Positions 1-7,879 of a stretch of DNA of 64,000 nucleotides are shown here, in pieces; position 1 is the stretch's first letter; each line of letters begins with the position of its first letter. The notes beneath the pieces were generated by a model, which worked only from the letters and a program-made list of their open reading frames with translations, ran no database searches and was not told where the DNA came from. Source of the stretch: Oligoflexia bacterium (GTDB taxonomy: Bacteria; Bdellovibrionota; UBA1018); the NCBI GenBank assembly GCA_963758495.1, contig CAVWVI010000003.1, positions 64,001 to 128,000 of the forward strand. Direction: 5' to 3'. A program made the position numbers and the translations under genes.

Positions 1-1
1 A

Positions 2-289
2 GTTCCAGACGCCGCATCATTAGCCGCAATGTATCATTTAGAATCTCTCATTGGAAAAAAATGTGGTGGTTCAACCGGAACTAATTTTTATGGAGTTCTT
101 CAACTTGCTCACGAAATGATTCAAAACAATCTACAAGGTTCTATCATTTCTCTCATTTGCGATTCAGGAGACCGTTACACAAAAACTTACTACGATGAAA
201 GCTGGATTGCGAAAAAAGGTTTAAATCTAAAGCCTTATTTTGAACAAATTAAAACTCTTTTAGCGACCGGCCAGTGGGACTCCGTGTAA
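2..289 (+). CDS. PLP-dependent cysteine synthase family protein, C-terminal part (runs off window start)
   Basis: Frame is open from base 2 (VPDAASLAAM...). GGSTGTN and ICDSGDRY motifs are typical of the cysteine synthase/CBS family C-terminus. Confidence 0.8.
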   Translation, partial: VPDAASLAAMYHLESLIGKKCGGSTGTNFYGVLQLAHEMIQNNLQGSIISLICDSGDRYTKTYYDESWIAKKGLNLKPYFEQIKTLLATGQWDSV

Positions 290-391
290 GCACTGTAAAG
301 AGGCCTAAAGGAACTGCTTACGATTTTGCACTGAAATAAGGGACCACTATTCCCATCAGGTTGGAGTAAATCTTTTGTTCCTGCAGATCTG

Positions 392-682
392 TCATGCAGC
401 ATCCTCTTTTAATGGGTCGAGAACCTCAATTCCGGACGTGTAAATGGTTTCGGGATCAATATCCAAACATTGATACGGATCAAAATTTCCTCCAATATCC
501 CAAGCAAGAGTATGATTAATCACGGTACACTTTTCAATAAAGACATCGACCTGAGCGATTTGCCTAAAAACTCCAGTCCCTAAGAATGGGGACATATCAA
601 AGAGCTTTACTTTGCCATCAGAAAAGTAAACATAAACTTTAAAGTCGCGAGTAGGTTTCACTTGAATTACAGAATGAAGCAT
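392..682 (-). CDS. DUF2442 family protein (putative antitoxin partner)
   Basis: VxFSDGxVKxFD...TLAW...DIDPETIY pattern; lies 6 nt downstream of the DUF4160 gene. Confidence 0.8.
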   Translation of the reverse strand: MLHSVIQVKPTRDFKVYVYFSDGKVKLFDMSPFLGTGVFRQIAQVDVFIEKCTVINHTLAWDIGGNFDPYQCLDIDPETIYTSGIEVLDPLKEDAA

Positions 683-688
683 TTTACC

Positions 689-949
689 TCAACGAAGCGG
701 TTCAATTTTTTCGATTTTATTATGTTCACGTGCTAAAAGCCAGTTCTTCATTAGTTCGCTCCTATGAATTTCACACCATGCAAGAACCAGTTTGAGTTGC
801 TTGGCGGGGAAAGACCCCTGAATGACCACTGCTTCCTGAATAGATACTAAAACCTTGAACTCTCCATATTCAGCGTGAAAATATTCAGGGAAGTGATCTT
901 TCCAGTACATGTAGATCTTGACTCCAAAAAACTCACTAATTATTGGCAT
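689..949 (-). CDS. DUF4160 family protein (putative toxin)
   Basis: MPIISEFFGVKIYMYWKDH...FHAEYG...VLAWCEIHRSELMKNW...IEPL pattern. Confidence 0.85.
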   Translation of the reverse strand: MPIISEFFGVKIYMYWKDHFPEYFHAEYGEFKVLVSIQEAVVIQGSFPAKQLKLVLAWCEIHRSELMKNWLLAREHNKIEKIEPLR

Positions 950-1036
950 AAATTACCTAATGTTTGTCATCTAAAATAGCAGACTCTATTAATTCACAAT
1001 AAAAATACAGTTGAAATTGAAAGATATTAGATTTGA

Positions 1037-1704
1037 TCACGATCCCATAGCCTCTAAATTGTTTAATGTATTTTTGTCCGGTCTAGTTCTTAAATAAAGA
1101 TTTCCACTTCTAGATCGAGCAACTACAGCATCAATTTGACCTTTTCGAGTGAGTGAAATTCCTATCGCTTTTGAAATCCACCCTAGCCTCTCAACAAAGT
1201 AGGCGATGATTGTGCCTTTCTTGTTTTTCTTGATTCCAGAGATTTTCCTTTTAGTAGAAATGTCTTTTATAGTGCCTTCACGTTGACCTTCCATTTGTTC
1301 AATGGCTTTCCACAGCTTTTCAAATTCTGACGGAGTAAAATCGTTAACCTTTTTCTCAAGGCTTACTCCTGTTTTCTTTTTAAAAATGCTATGTAGTTTC
1401 TAACATTATTTTCCCCTTTTGGGGCGTAGTTCTCTACTAAATCTCGAATAACGGAATCACCGTATATTGTCTTCAAACAATCAATATGGGCTTGATGTCC
1501 AGTTTCATAGTCAGGAAAAACAGCGAATTTGCCAGCCTTGCCTATCGCACCATTCTTTTTTCTGATATTTCCTAGCACTAGGTTGCCAGGGTTATGATTG
1601 CGCCAAGTCCGAGTGCCACCTGAGAAGATAAACTCTTTTCCCGTACTATCTTTATAAATCACCGTGTCTTTTGGACCGTTCTGGGCTTCAATAAATTTTG
1701 GCAT
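1037..1704 (-). pseudogene. Frameshifted gene: RNHNPGNL-motif (phage virion/lysozyme-like) domain followed by a DUF3892-like C-terminal domain
   Basis: ORFs 1363-1704 and 1037-1294 join by a -1 shift in TTTTTAAAAAG (about 1375-1390), giving ...YIAFLKKKTGVSLEKKVNDFTPSEFEKLWKAIEQMEG... The C-terminus YLRTRPDKNTLNNL resembles DUF3892. Confidence 0.65.
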
Positions 1705-2050
1705 AATCTATCACTGAGTCTCTCTAATTTCGTTTACGCTAATAAGCACCCTCTGAGGTGCTATCAGGATTGGTTGGAGAAGTGTTTTTTTGGTCAGCCT
1801 CTTTTATTCAAGAAAATCCGCAATGGCCTGGACCAAGTCCAGGATGATTTCGTCGTTCACTAAACGACCTGCGGTTCACCTGGACTTTTAACGGGTAGTG
1901 GCGCCTCACATGAAGCAGAACAGCTAAACTTGCAGTTAAATGCAAGTTACGGACGTTTCCGACGGTCTTGTCTGAAGCCAAATCCCTGAATTTACCCACT
2001 TTTTATCCAGTCTTGATTAGTTCTGCCATTTCACGGTATGCATCCTTAAG

Positions 2051-2069
2051 TATATCTTGATAAGATATA
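2051..2069. promoter_or_regulatory. Palindromic operator upstream of TA pair
   Basis: Perfect inverted repeat TATATCTT-gat-AAGATATA, 3 nt before the toxin ATG at 2073. Confidence 0.6.
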
Positions 2070-2072
2070 GGT

Positions 2073-2347
2073 ATGAGTCCAAAGCTACCCCGCCAGATTC
2101 TTGATGAGGAAAATTTTCTGGAAATCGCTTTTACGAGATAGAAGCAGATTCGTTTCGTCCTCATGGTTGGCGTTATCGACTGGCATGGATACACAAGGGA
2201 AAGTGCCGGGTACTTTTCGACAACCACCACGGTAAGGCCGATCACTACCATCTGGAAGGCGAGGAGTTCCCCTACACATTTTCTACAATTGGCCAGTTAC
2301 GAGTGGATTTTATTGAGCTAGTTAAAAAACAAGGAGGCCCAGTATGA
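2073..2347 (+). pseudogene. DUF6516/TumE-like toxin, frameshifted (absent from ORF track)
   Basis: Adding one T in the run at about 2129-2132 gives MSPKLPRQILDEENFLEIAFYEIEADSFRPHGWRYRLAWIHKGKCRVLFDNHHGKADHYHLEGEEFPYTFSTIGQLRVDF...; its stop overlaps the next gene's start (ATGA). Confidence 0.7.
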
Positions 2348-2760
2348 TTAAAAAGAAATTCAAGATTCGATTTCAATCAGTAAACGACACCATGACTCAG
2401 TTCGAGAGTGATTGGAAGGCGATTGAAAAAGGGGGTAAGCCTTCTAAACTTGTTTCTGGCATCTCCCCATACTTGATTATGGAGTACGCGATGTTCTCGA
2501 AAATTTTCTCTCCAGAGCGACTTCGGATTATTGATACGATCCAGGTAAGGCACCCTGCCTCCGTAAGTGAGCTTGCGGAAATCTTGGGGCGGGAACAAGC
2601 TAATGTCCATCGTGATGTCCATTATCTGACTGAGCTTGGGATCTTGGAACTTAAACGACTCAAAGAGGAAGGTAAAGCTGAAGTTGTCCAACCCGAGTTT
2701 AATTGGGGTGGATTTGAGATCGAGATGGGGCATTCTAAAAATGAAGACGAGGCAGCATAA
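2344..2760 (+). CDS. HTH DNA-binding antitoxin-like protein (HVO_A0114-like)
   Basis: SPERLRII...PASVSELAEILGREQANVHRDVHYLTELGIL winged-HTH; translationally coupled to the upstream toxin-like gene. Confidence 0.75.
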   Translation: MIKKKFKIRFQSVNDTMTQFESDWKAIEKGGKPSKLVSGISPYLIMEYAMFSKIFSPERLRIIDTIQVRHPASVSELAEILGREQANVHRDVHYLTELGILELKRLKEEGKAEVVQPEFNWGGFEIEMGHSKNEDEAA

Positions 2761-2764
2761 CACA

Positions 2765-2815
2765 GTCAACTACCCCGTTCCTAAAGGAACGGAGCTTGAA
2801 GGAAACTAAAAGCTT
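2765..2815 (+). mobile_element. IS200/IS605-type left-end remnant (HEARO/omega-RNA-like 5' segment)
   Basis: GTCAACTACCCCGTTCCTAAAGGAACGGAGCTTG containing the hairpin CCGTTCC-TAAA-GGAACGG; no TnpA, TnpB or IscB follows. Confidence 0.6.
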
Positions 2816-2817
2816 AC

Positions 2818-2981
2818 ATTGTGCGCCTGTCACGAAGGATGAATTGCGAAAATCCATAAAAAATTCAAATACTCATCCAAGCAAAATGACGATATGAGCC
2901 CACTCACCATACAGTCATTAATAAAGGCGATGTCATCATGATGACTTAGCTTGAGTTCATCCTTCGTGGCAGGCGCACAAT
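2818..2981. mobile_element. MITE with 26-bp terminal inverted repeats
   Basis: ATTGTGCGCCTGTCACGAAGGATGAA (2818-2843) and its inverse (2956-2981), 1 mismatch; non-coding interior; ends resemble the IS at 50220-51586. Confidence 0.8.
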
Positions 2982-3118
2982 CAAAGGACTCCTATTATAA
3001 TTAAGCTCAACTATGGATCAACCGGATATATCCAACCGATCAAAGCCGGGCAGGACTCGGGTTCTAAGAAAATGGGAGTCGCTGCGGTAGCGAATGGTCA
3101 AGTCGTCTATCAATCAGA

Positions 3119-3877
3119 ATGGAGGACTATCTTAAATACCTGTCATGCCTTTATGCGGGGGATCTCGGCTATCGCCGAAAGGCTCTATCATGCTTCAATA
3201 GTTTCTACCGTTTCTTAAAATCCAATCGGCATATAGTTGTTAATCCGGCAGAGAGTGTGATCGTCAGTAGATCTCCTGGGCAGTTGACTGTATGTGATGA
3301 ATCTCAGATCAAAAAAATCTTTGCCTTCATAAAAACCCCCAAGTCAGATCCTCAGCAAGCATTGCTTCTGAGTCTTATTTTATTTTACGGCTGGAGTCGT
3401 GAGGACCTTCGTCTTGCTACTCTTTGTATGGAAGATCAGGCCACTCTCAACATCGTTCATCATCGTACTCAGAGAACAAAAGGAAGACGACTTTATAATC
3501 GGCCTCAGAAGCTCCAACTCCAGTCCTCGCCAGACTGGTTCTTTAAGCTTCAAAGACGATACTATCTACATTGGTTAAATATTTACAAAAAAACAAAATG
3601 GACCTACCCCCGTCAGTCACCCATATTGCCACCCAGAGGAAATCACAATCGCCCTGTCTCATCTGAATACGTTGCTACTTTGATAGCGCAAGCTACCATC
3701 GCTGCGGTCGGAGTTCCTATCCCTGTTCGTATTCTAAGACAAACCTGCGGTCACCTTCACTCGACCCGCCAAGACTCCTCTCTGCTCACTCGGCTCGGTT
3801 GGTCAGCTCAATTTGCCTTCCACTATACCTGGCTCCCACGTCAGCATTACCAGTCCGAAAATTCCTCAAAACTCTAA
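3119..3877 (+). CDS. Divergent tyrosine recombinase/integrase-like protein, probably N-truncated
   Basis: FNSFYRFL...NPA, LILFYGWSREDL, RILRQTCG and LGWS...HYT align by eye to integrase boxes I and II; adjacent to a tRNA 3' end. Confidence 0.65.
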   Translation: MEDYLKYLSCLYAGDLGYRRKALSCFNSFYRFLKSNRHIVVNPAESVIVSRSPGQLTVCDESQIKKIFAFIKTPKSDPQQALLLSLILFYGWSREDLRLATLCMEDQATLNIVHHRTQRTKGRRLYNRPQKLQLQSSPDWFFKLQRRYYLHWLNIYKKTKWTYPRQSPILPPRGNHNRPVSSEYVATLIAQATIAAVGVPIPVRILRQTCGHLHSTRQDSSLLTRLGWSAQFAFHYTWLPRQHYQSENSSKL

Positions 3878-3944
3878 TCTTTCTCCGATCCCAAACGAAA
3901 CTCCTGCTTTCCAAACGCAAGCTGAACTTGCGTTCCCACAAATG

Positions 3945-3971
3945 AAAAACCCCGCTTATTATCGCGGGGTT
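3945..3971 (-). terminator. Intrinsic terminator downstream of tRNA-Glu
   Basis: Stem AACCCCGC/GCGGGGTT followed by a T-run on the minus strand. Confidence 0.6.
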
Positions 3972-4006
3972 ATCAGTTTCAAAACTTAAACAATCATCAT
4001 TATGCT

Positions 4007-4082
4007 TGGTGTCCCCAAGGGGATTCGAACCCCTGTTTGCGCCGTGAGAGGGCACCGTCCTAGGCCTCTAGACGATGGGGAC
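4007..4082 (-). tRNA. tRNA-Glu (anticodon CTC)
   Basis: Reverse complement GTCCCCATCGTCTAGAGGCCTAGGAC...CTCTCAC...GGTTCGAATCCCCTTGGGGACACCA; 76-nt cloverleaf with encoded CCA. Confidence 0.95.
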
Positions 4083-4125
4083 GCGACAAATGAAGAATAA
4101 CACATAGCCTAGATCCTTTGAGGAT

Positions 4126-4938
4126 TCAAATAAAACCGCAAATTCGATACAATCCCTGACAAGGCGAAGCATGATCCTCACTGCATACCGTATCTACGAA
4201 AACATGCATCGCATCTGGAAAAATCTCATAGAGTGCAGCGAGATTAAGAGGTTCGTTTTCAAAAGAAGCAACCAAGACGCCATAACGTCGAATGTATTCT
4301 GCTGCAGCTTTTTTATGCTCAAGGTCTACCAGATGAAAATCCCGTTTCATGAGTAAATGAGTTCCAGATAAATCTAGAGGAAAACCGTCCCGATGCAAAT
4401 TGGCACGAGTGCCCTCTCCCATATTGGGCTCATCCCTTCCTGTTAAATAAACAATTTGAGCACCCAATCGGTGAAGTTCTTGCGAAAATTTCGAAGCACC
4501 TACGTACGGCCGATCATATTTCAAATACTCACTCGTAAAGAATCGTTCATTCCAAAAACTTCTGGCAGAATTCATCGCATCGATTACTTCTGGTTGTTCG
4601 CACTTTAAACCCAGCTTAGAGAATGTATCACTTACAGAATAGCCGATATCACGCCTTTCCATCTGCAGAATGAGCCTTTGAGCAATGGGGTATGCTTTAC
4701 CCAGAGTGGATTGCGCCCATTCCATCATAATCTGATAAGTTCGTGGTCCCACTTCATAAAGTGTTGAGTCAAGATCAAGCAAAACTAACGGCTGAACTTG
4801 TGACGTCACTCGCCGAGAAACCTCTTGAAGAACTTCTAATTGAGTTAGATCGTGAAAATGGCACGCAGACACCCACTCCTGCCGTGAAAAGGCCTTTTTA
4901 ACAGCACTCCCCTCAAATTCAGCTCGTGTTTTCATCAC
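4126..4938 (-). CDS. HAD-superfamily hydrolase
   Basis: LLDLDSTL motif I and YLTGR motif II. Confidence 0.75.
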   Translation of the reverse strand: MMKTRAEFEGSAVKKAFSRQEWVSACHFHDLTQLEVLQEVSRRVTSQVQPLVLLDLDSTLYEVGPRTYQIMMEWAQSTLGKAYPIAQRLILQMERRDIGYSVSDTFSKLGLKCEQPEVIDAMNSARSFWNERFFTSEYLKYDRPYVGASKFSQELHRLGAQIVYLTGRDEPNMGEGTRANLHRDGFPLDLSGTHLLMKRDFHLVDLEHKKAAAEYIRRYGVLVASFENEPLNLAALYEIFPDAMHVFVDTVCSEDHASPCQGLYRICGFI

Positions 4939-4956
4939 GAATTTAATTAACAGAGA

Positions 4957-4990
4957 AGAGGCGACCTTCTCAAGAAGAAAGGCCGCCTCT
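4957..4990. terminator. Hairpin/terminator downstream of the glycine-rich gene
   Basis: AGAGGCGACCTT ... AAGGCCGCCTCT inverted repeat (1 mismatch). Confidence 0.45.
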
Positions 4991-5039
4991 CGGTTTTAAA
5001 TCTAGCCGTCAGTGATTTCAATGTACTGATGCTGAAGTC

Positions 5040-5809
5040 TTAGAATTTAAATCCAGATCCACCGAGCATTCCAGGCCCACCGAGAATTCCAGGCCCACCT
5101 GGATATCCAGGACCCCCGATCATCCCAGGTGCTCCGATAATTCCACCTTTTTGTCCTGCAATACCTTTCTGCCCTACAAGACCCTTCTGTCCTGCAAGAC
5201 CCTTCTGCCCTGCAAGACCTTTCTGTCCTGCAAGACCTTTCTGCCCTACAAGACCCTTCTGTCCTGCAAGACCCTTCTGTCCTGCAAAGCCCTTCTGAGC
5301 ACCATAACCTACAGGACCTGGAAATCCTCCCATACCTGGATACCCAACTCCTGGAAGTCCGATCCCTGGAAGCGGAAGCCCAATGCCTGGAAACCCGCCT
5401 CCTGGAAACCCGATCCCTGGAAATCCGATCCCTGGAAACCCAATACCCGGGAAGCCAAGGCCTAAACCACCACCAAAGCCAAGTCCTCCTAGACCTAGAC
5501 CTAAACCACCACCAAAGCCAAGGCCTCCTAGACCTAGACCTAAACCACCACCAAAGCCAAGACCTCCTAGACCTAGACCCAAACCACCAAAGCCAAGGCC
5601 TCCTAGGCCTAGACCCAAACCACCAAAGCCAAGACCTCCTAAACCTAACCTAGACCTAAACCACCAAAGCCAAGACCTCCTAAACCCAGACCAAGACCTA
5701 GACCACCACAACCACCAAAGAATCCTTCATGCGCCATTGCCGAAGGACTATTCACTGAGAGACAAGTCACTACTCCTAATACTGTAAGAAAAGATCGGAA
5801 GGACTTCAT
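5040..5809 (-). CDS. Secreted glycine-rich repeat protein with a 1-nt frameshift near 5645
   Basis: AGGAGG RBS then ATG at 5809 (MKSFRSFLTVLGVVTCLSVNSPSAMA signal peptide). GLGFGG repeats continue in ORF 5040-5711 after a single missing base, followed by PGIGF, GQKGLA and GGPGx blocks. Confidence 0.75.
5150..5300 (-). repeat. 18-bp tandem repeats encoding GQKG(L/I/F)(A/V)
   Basis: About 9 QKG units forming a continuous Gly-X-Y run. Confidence 0.9.
5455..5705 (-). repeat. Tandem repeats encoding GLGLGLGGLGFGG(G)
   Basis: Repeated CCTAGACC / AAACCACCAAAGCCAAG units. Confidence 0.9.
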
Positions 5810-5853
5810 GTCGTATCCTCCTAAGAATATTCGGTTCGCTGAGAAGCGGCTTT

Positions 5854-5869
5854 TGCAACTCAAATGCCA
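5854..5869 (-). promoter_or_regulatory. sigma-54 (-24/-12) promoter of the glycine-rich gene
   Basis: TGGCATTTGAGTTGCA on the minus strand (GG-N10-GC). Confidence 0.7.
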
Positions 5870-6004
5870 GTCAGCCATAAAGACGAAAGGACGTAATCAG
5901 TTCCTTTAGCGCTGTTGACAAGCACTGTGAGAACTCTATGTTATGAAGAGCGCCTGAGTATGACTCAACGTAAGTAGACATTTAAATTCCACTTTACAGA
6001 TAAA

Positions 6005-7798
6005 TTAAAACGCATCAGCCCATGATTGCGAAATCCGCATTGCTGTATTAATTAATCCAACATGAGAATACGTTTGCGGGAAATTACCCCATAATTCTCC
6101 AGAGTCTGGATCCATATCCTCCGAAAGCAATCCTAAATGATTCAAATTTCGAATCACTCGAGCAAATAGTTCTCTTGCCTCGACCTTCCTCCCTGCGCCC
6201 CAAAGCGCATCAGCCATCCAAAATGTACAAACCGTAAAGGTGGTTTTAGGCACTCCAAAGTCATCAGGGGTACGATAGCGATAGACTCCTCGATTAACAC
6301 GAAGTAATCGATCATACGCATCAATAGTTTTTTGAAATCTTTCATCTCGAAAAGAAACAAAATTAACCATTGGAAATAAAAGATTGGCAGCATCAGGACT
6401 ATCACCATCATAACTCTGGGTATAATAACCAACAATGTCATTCCATCCGTTTCGTTCAATTCCATTACGCATTCGCTCTCGAATTGGCGTCCACTCTTCT
6501 ACTAAATCATGCCTACCAATATGACCAGCGATTCGAACTCCACGATCAACTGCGGCCCAATTCATTAACTTAGAAAAGAGTGAATGTTTTTTCTCCCCCC
6601 GAAATTCCCAAATTCCCGCGTCAGGAAGCTCAAAACAAAAGATTGCTTGCTCAACGAGTTGTTTGACGCTTTTAAATGCCTGCTCTTGATCCGTTCTTTC
6701 TAGTCTTCTATCAAAAAATGCAGGAGTAATTGCAAGCACCATTTCTCCATAGACATCATGCTGATCCATTTTATAGGCTGCATTTCCAACACGCACAGGA
6801 CCATAACCTTTGAAGCCAGCCAGCCAAGGTAATTCCTGCTCAATAAGGTCCTTTTTTCCATCAATCCCATAAACGGGTTGAAGATTTCCAGAAGCTTCTG
6901 AAGCACAAATATTTTGGAGGTAACTGATAAATTGTTCCATCTCTTCAAATTGGCCTAAACGATTGAGTGCAGTAACAACGAAATATGCATCCCTCAGCCA
7001 ACAATACCGATAATCCCAAGTACGGCCTCGCTCAGGTCCTTCCGGAATAGATGTAGTTGTTGCAGCTATAATAGCGCCTGTGTCCTCAAATATATGAAGC
7101 TTAAGCGCTAGCGCTGAACGAATCACTTCATCTTGAAATTCAAATGGAATATTACAATGTTTTGACCAATTCCGCCAATAAGCTATTGTTCGATCCAGTT
7201 GTTCTTCAATTTCAAATTTTAATACTCCTTGAAAAGGTAGCCCATAAGACAATACAAAATGTTTAGACTCTTTCAACTCAAATAAAGTTCCATTCAAAAT
7301 ATACGAAATAGGAGCGTCTGACGAAAGGTAGAGTAAAGTACCATGACTTTCATATACAACCATTGAAGAAAGGTTGAGAACCTTAGGCGTGTCTTTTCCA
7401 TAGTCGAATCTAGGATTACATTGTATAGCAACTTTAGGAACTCCCCGAATAGGTCGAATCACTCGAAATATTTGAGGTGGCTTATGATAGCTTGCATATC
7501 CTTTATTGTATCGGGGAATAAAATCGACAATTTCAAATTGAGACCCATCTTCAATGATAAAGGTGGTTACCAATATATTTGTATTTCTCATGTAATGCTG
7601 ACGGGTTTCCCATTTTTGCGACGAGCCGGCCGCTGTGGGAATAATACTCCAAAAACCTCCATTTTCAGAATCAAGTAATGCAGCAAATACTGATGGAGAA
7701 TCAAATCTAGGCATGCAGCACCAAACAATCTTACCTTGCCGATCAACAAGAGCAGAGATTTGACAGTTGCCAATGATTCCAAAATCGAGTTGTGACAT
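6005..7798 (-). CDS. Glycoside hydrolase family 15 (trehalase/glucoamylase-like)
   Basis: PRFDSPSVF, WDYRYCWLRDA, GIWEFRG and LLSED...WGNFPQTYSHVGLIN motifs. Confidence 0.92.
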   Translation of the reverse strand: MSQLDFGIIGNCQISALVDRQGKIVWCCMPRFDSPSVFAALLDSENGGFWSIIPTAAGSSQKWETRQHYMRNTNILVTTFIIEDGSQFEIVDFIPRYNKGYASYHKPPQIFRVIRPIRGVPKVAIQCNPRFDYGKDTPKVLNLSSMVVYESHGTLLYLSSDAPISYILNGTLFELKESKHFVLSYGLPFQGVLKFEIEEQLDRTIAYWRNWSKHCNIPFEFQDEVIRSALALKLHIFEDTGAIIAATTTSIPEGPERGRTWDYRYCWLRDAYFVVTALNRLGQFEEMEQFISYLQNICASEASGNLQPVYGIDGKKDLIEQELPWLAGFKGYGPVRVGNAAYKMDQHDVYGEMVLAITPAFFDRRLERTDQEQAFKSVKQLVEQAIFCFELPDAGIWEFRGEKKHSLFSKLMNWAAVDRGVRIAGHIGRHDLVEEWTPIRERMRNGIERNGWNDIVGYYTQSYDGDSPDAANLLFPMVNFVSFRDERFQKTIDAYDRLLRVNRGVYRYRTPDDFGVPKTTFTVCTFWMADALWGAGRKVEARELFARVIRNLNHLGLLSEDMDPDSGELWGNFPQTYSHVGLINTAMRISQSWADAF

Positions 7799-7833
7799 TG
7801 CGCCCTCCTGACAAGAAGCACTTCTTCTCTAAG

Positions 7834-7849
7834 AGCAAACATAGCGCCA
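7834..7849 (-). promoter_or_regulatory. sigma-54 promoter of the GH15 gene
   Basis: TGGCGCTATGTTTGCT on the minus strand (GG-N10-GC). Confidence 0.6.
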
Positions 7850-7879
7850 AGATCGTGTCCGCCCACATTTCACATATGA

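Noticed and set aside
290..391. att duplicate of the tRNA-Glu 3' end
   Set aside because: No match to the tRNA 3' sequence found by eye.
2003..2279. Minus-strand ORFs 2003-2251 and 2085-2279
   Set aside because: Antisense to the frameshifted DUF6516-like toxin, which explains the region better.
2821..2845. GTGCG start suggesting a group II intron 5' end (also at 50223)
   Set aside because: The motif is part of paired terminal inverted repeats; no domain V or RT/maturase is seen.
2765..3118. Complete OMEGA (IscB/TnpB) system
   Set aside because: Only about 50 nt of end-like sequence; no RuvC/HNH ORF follows.
3786..4055. 89-aa ORF
   Set aside because: Overlaps tRNA-Glu and its terminator; spurious.
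5151..5787. Plus-strand Pro/Lys-rich and CKT-repeat ORFs (5383-5787, 5151-5465)
   Set aside because: Antisense shadows of the Gly-rich repeats; the RBS, signal peptide and promoter are all on the minus strand.
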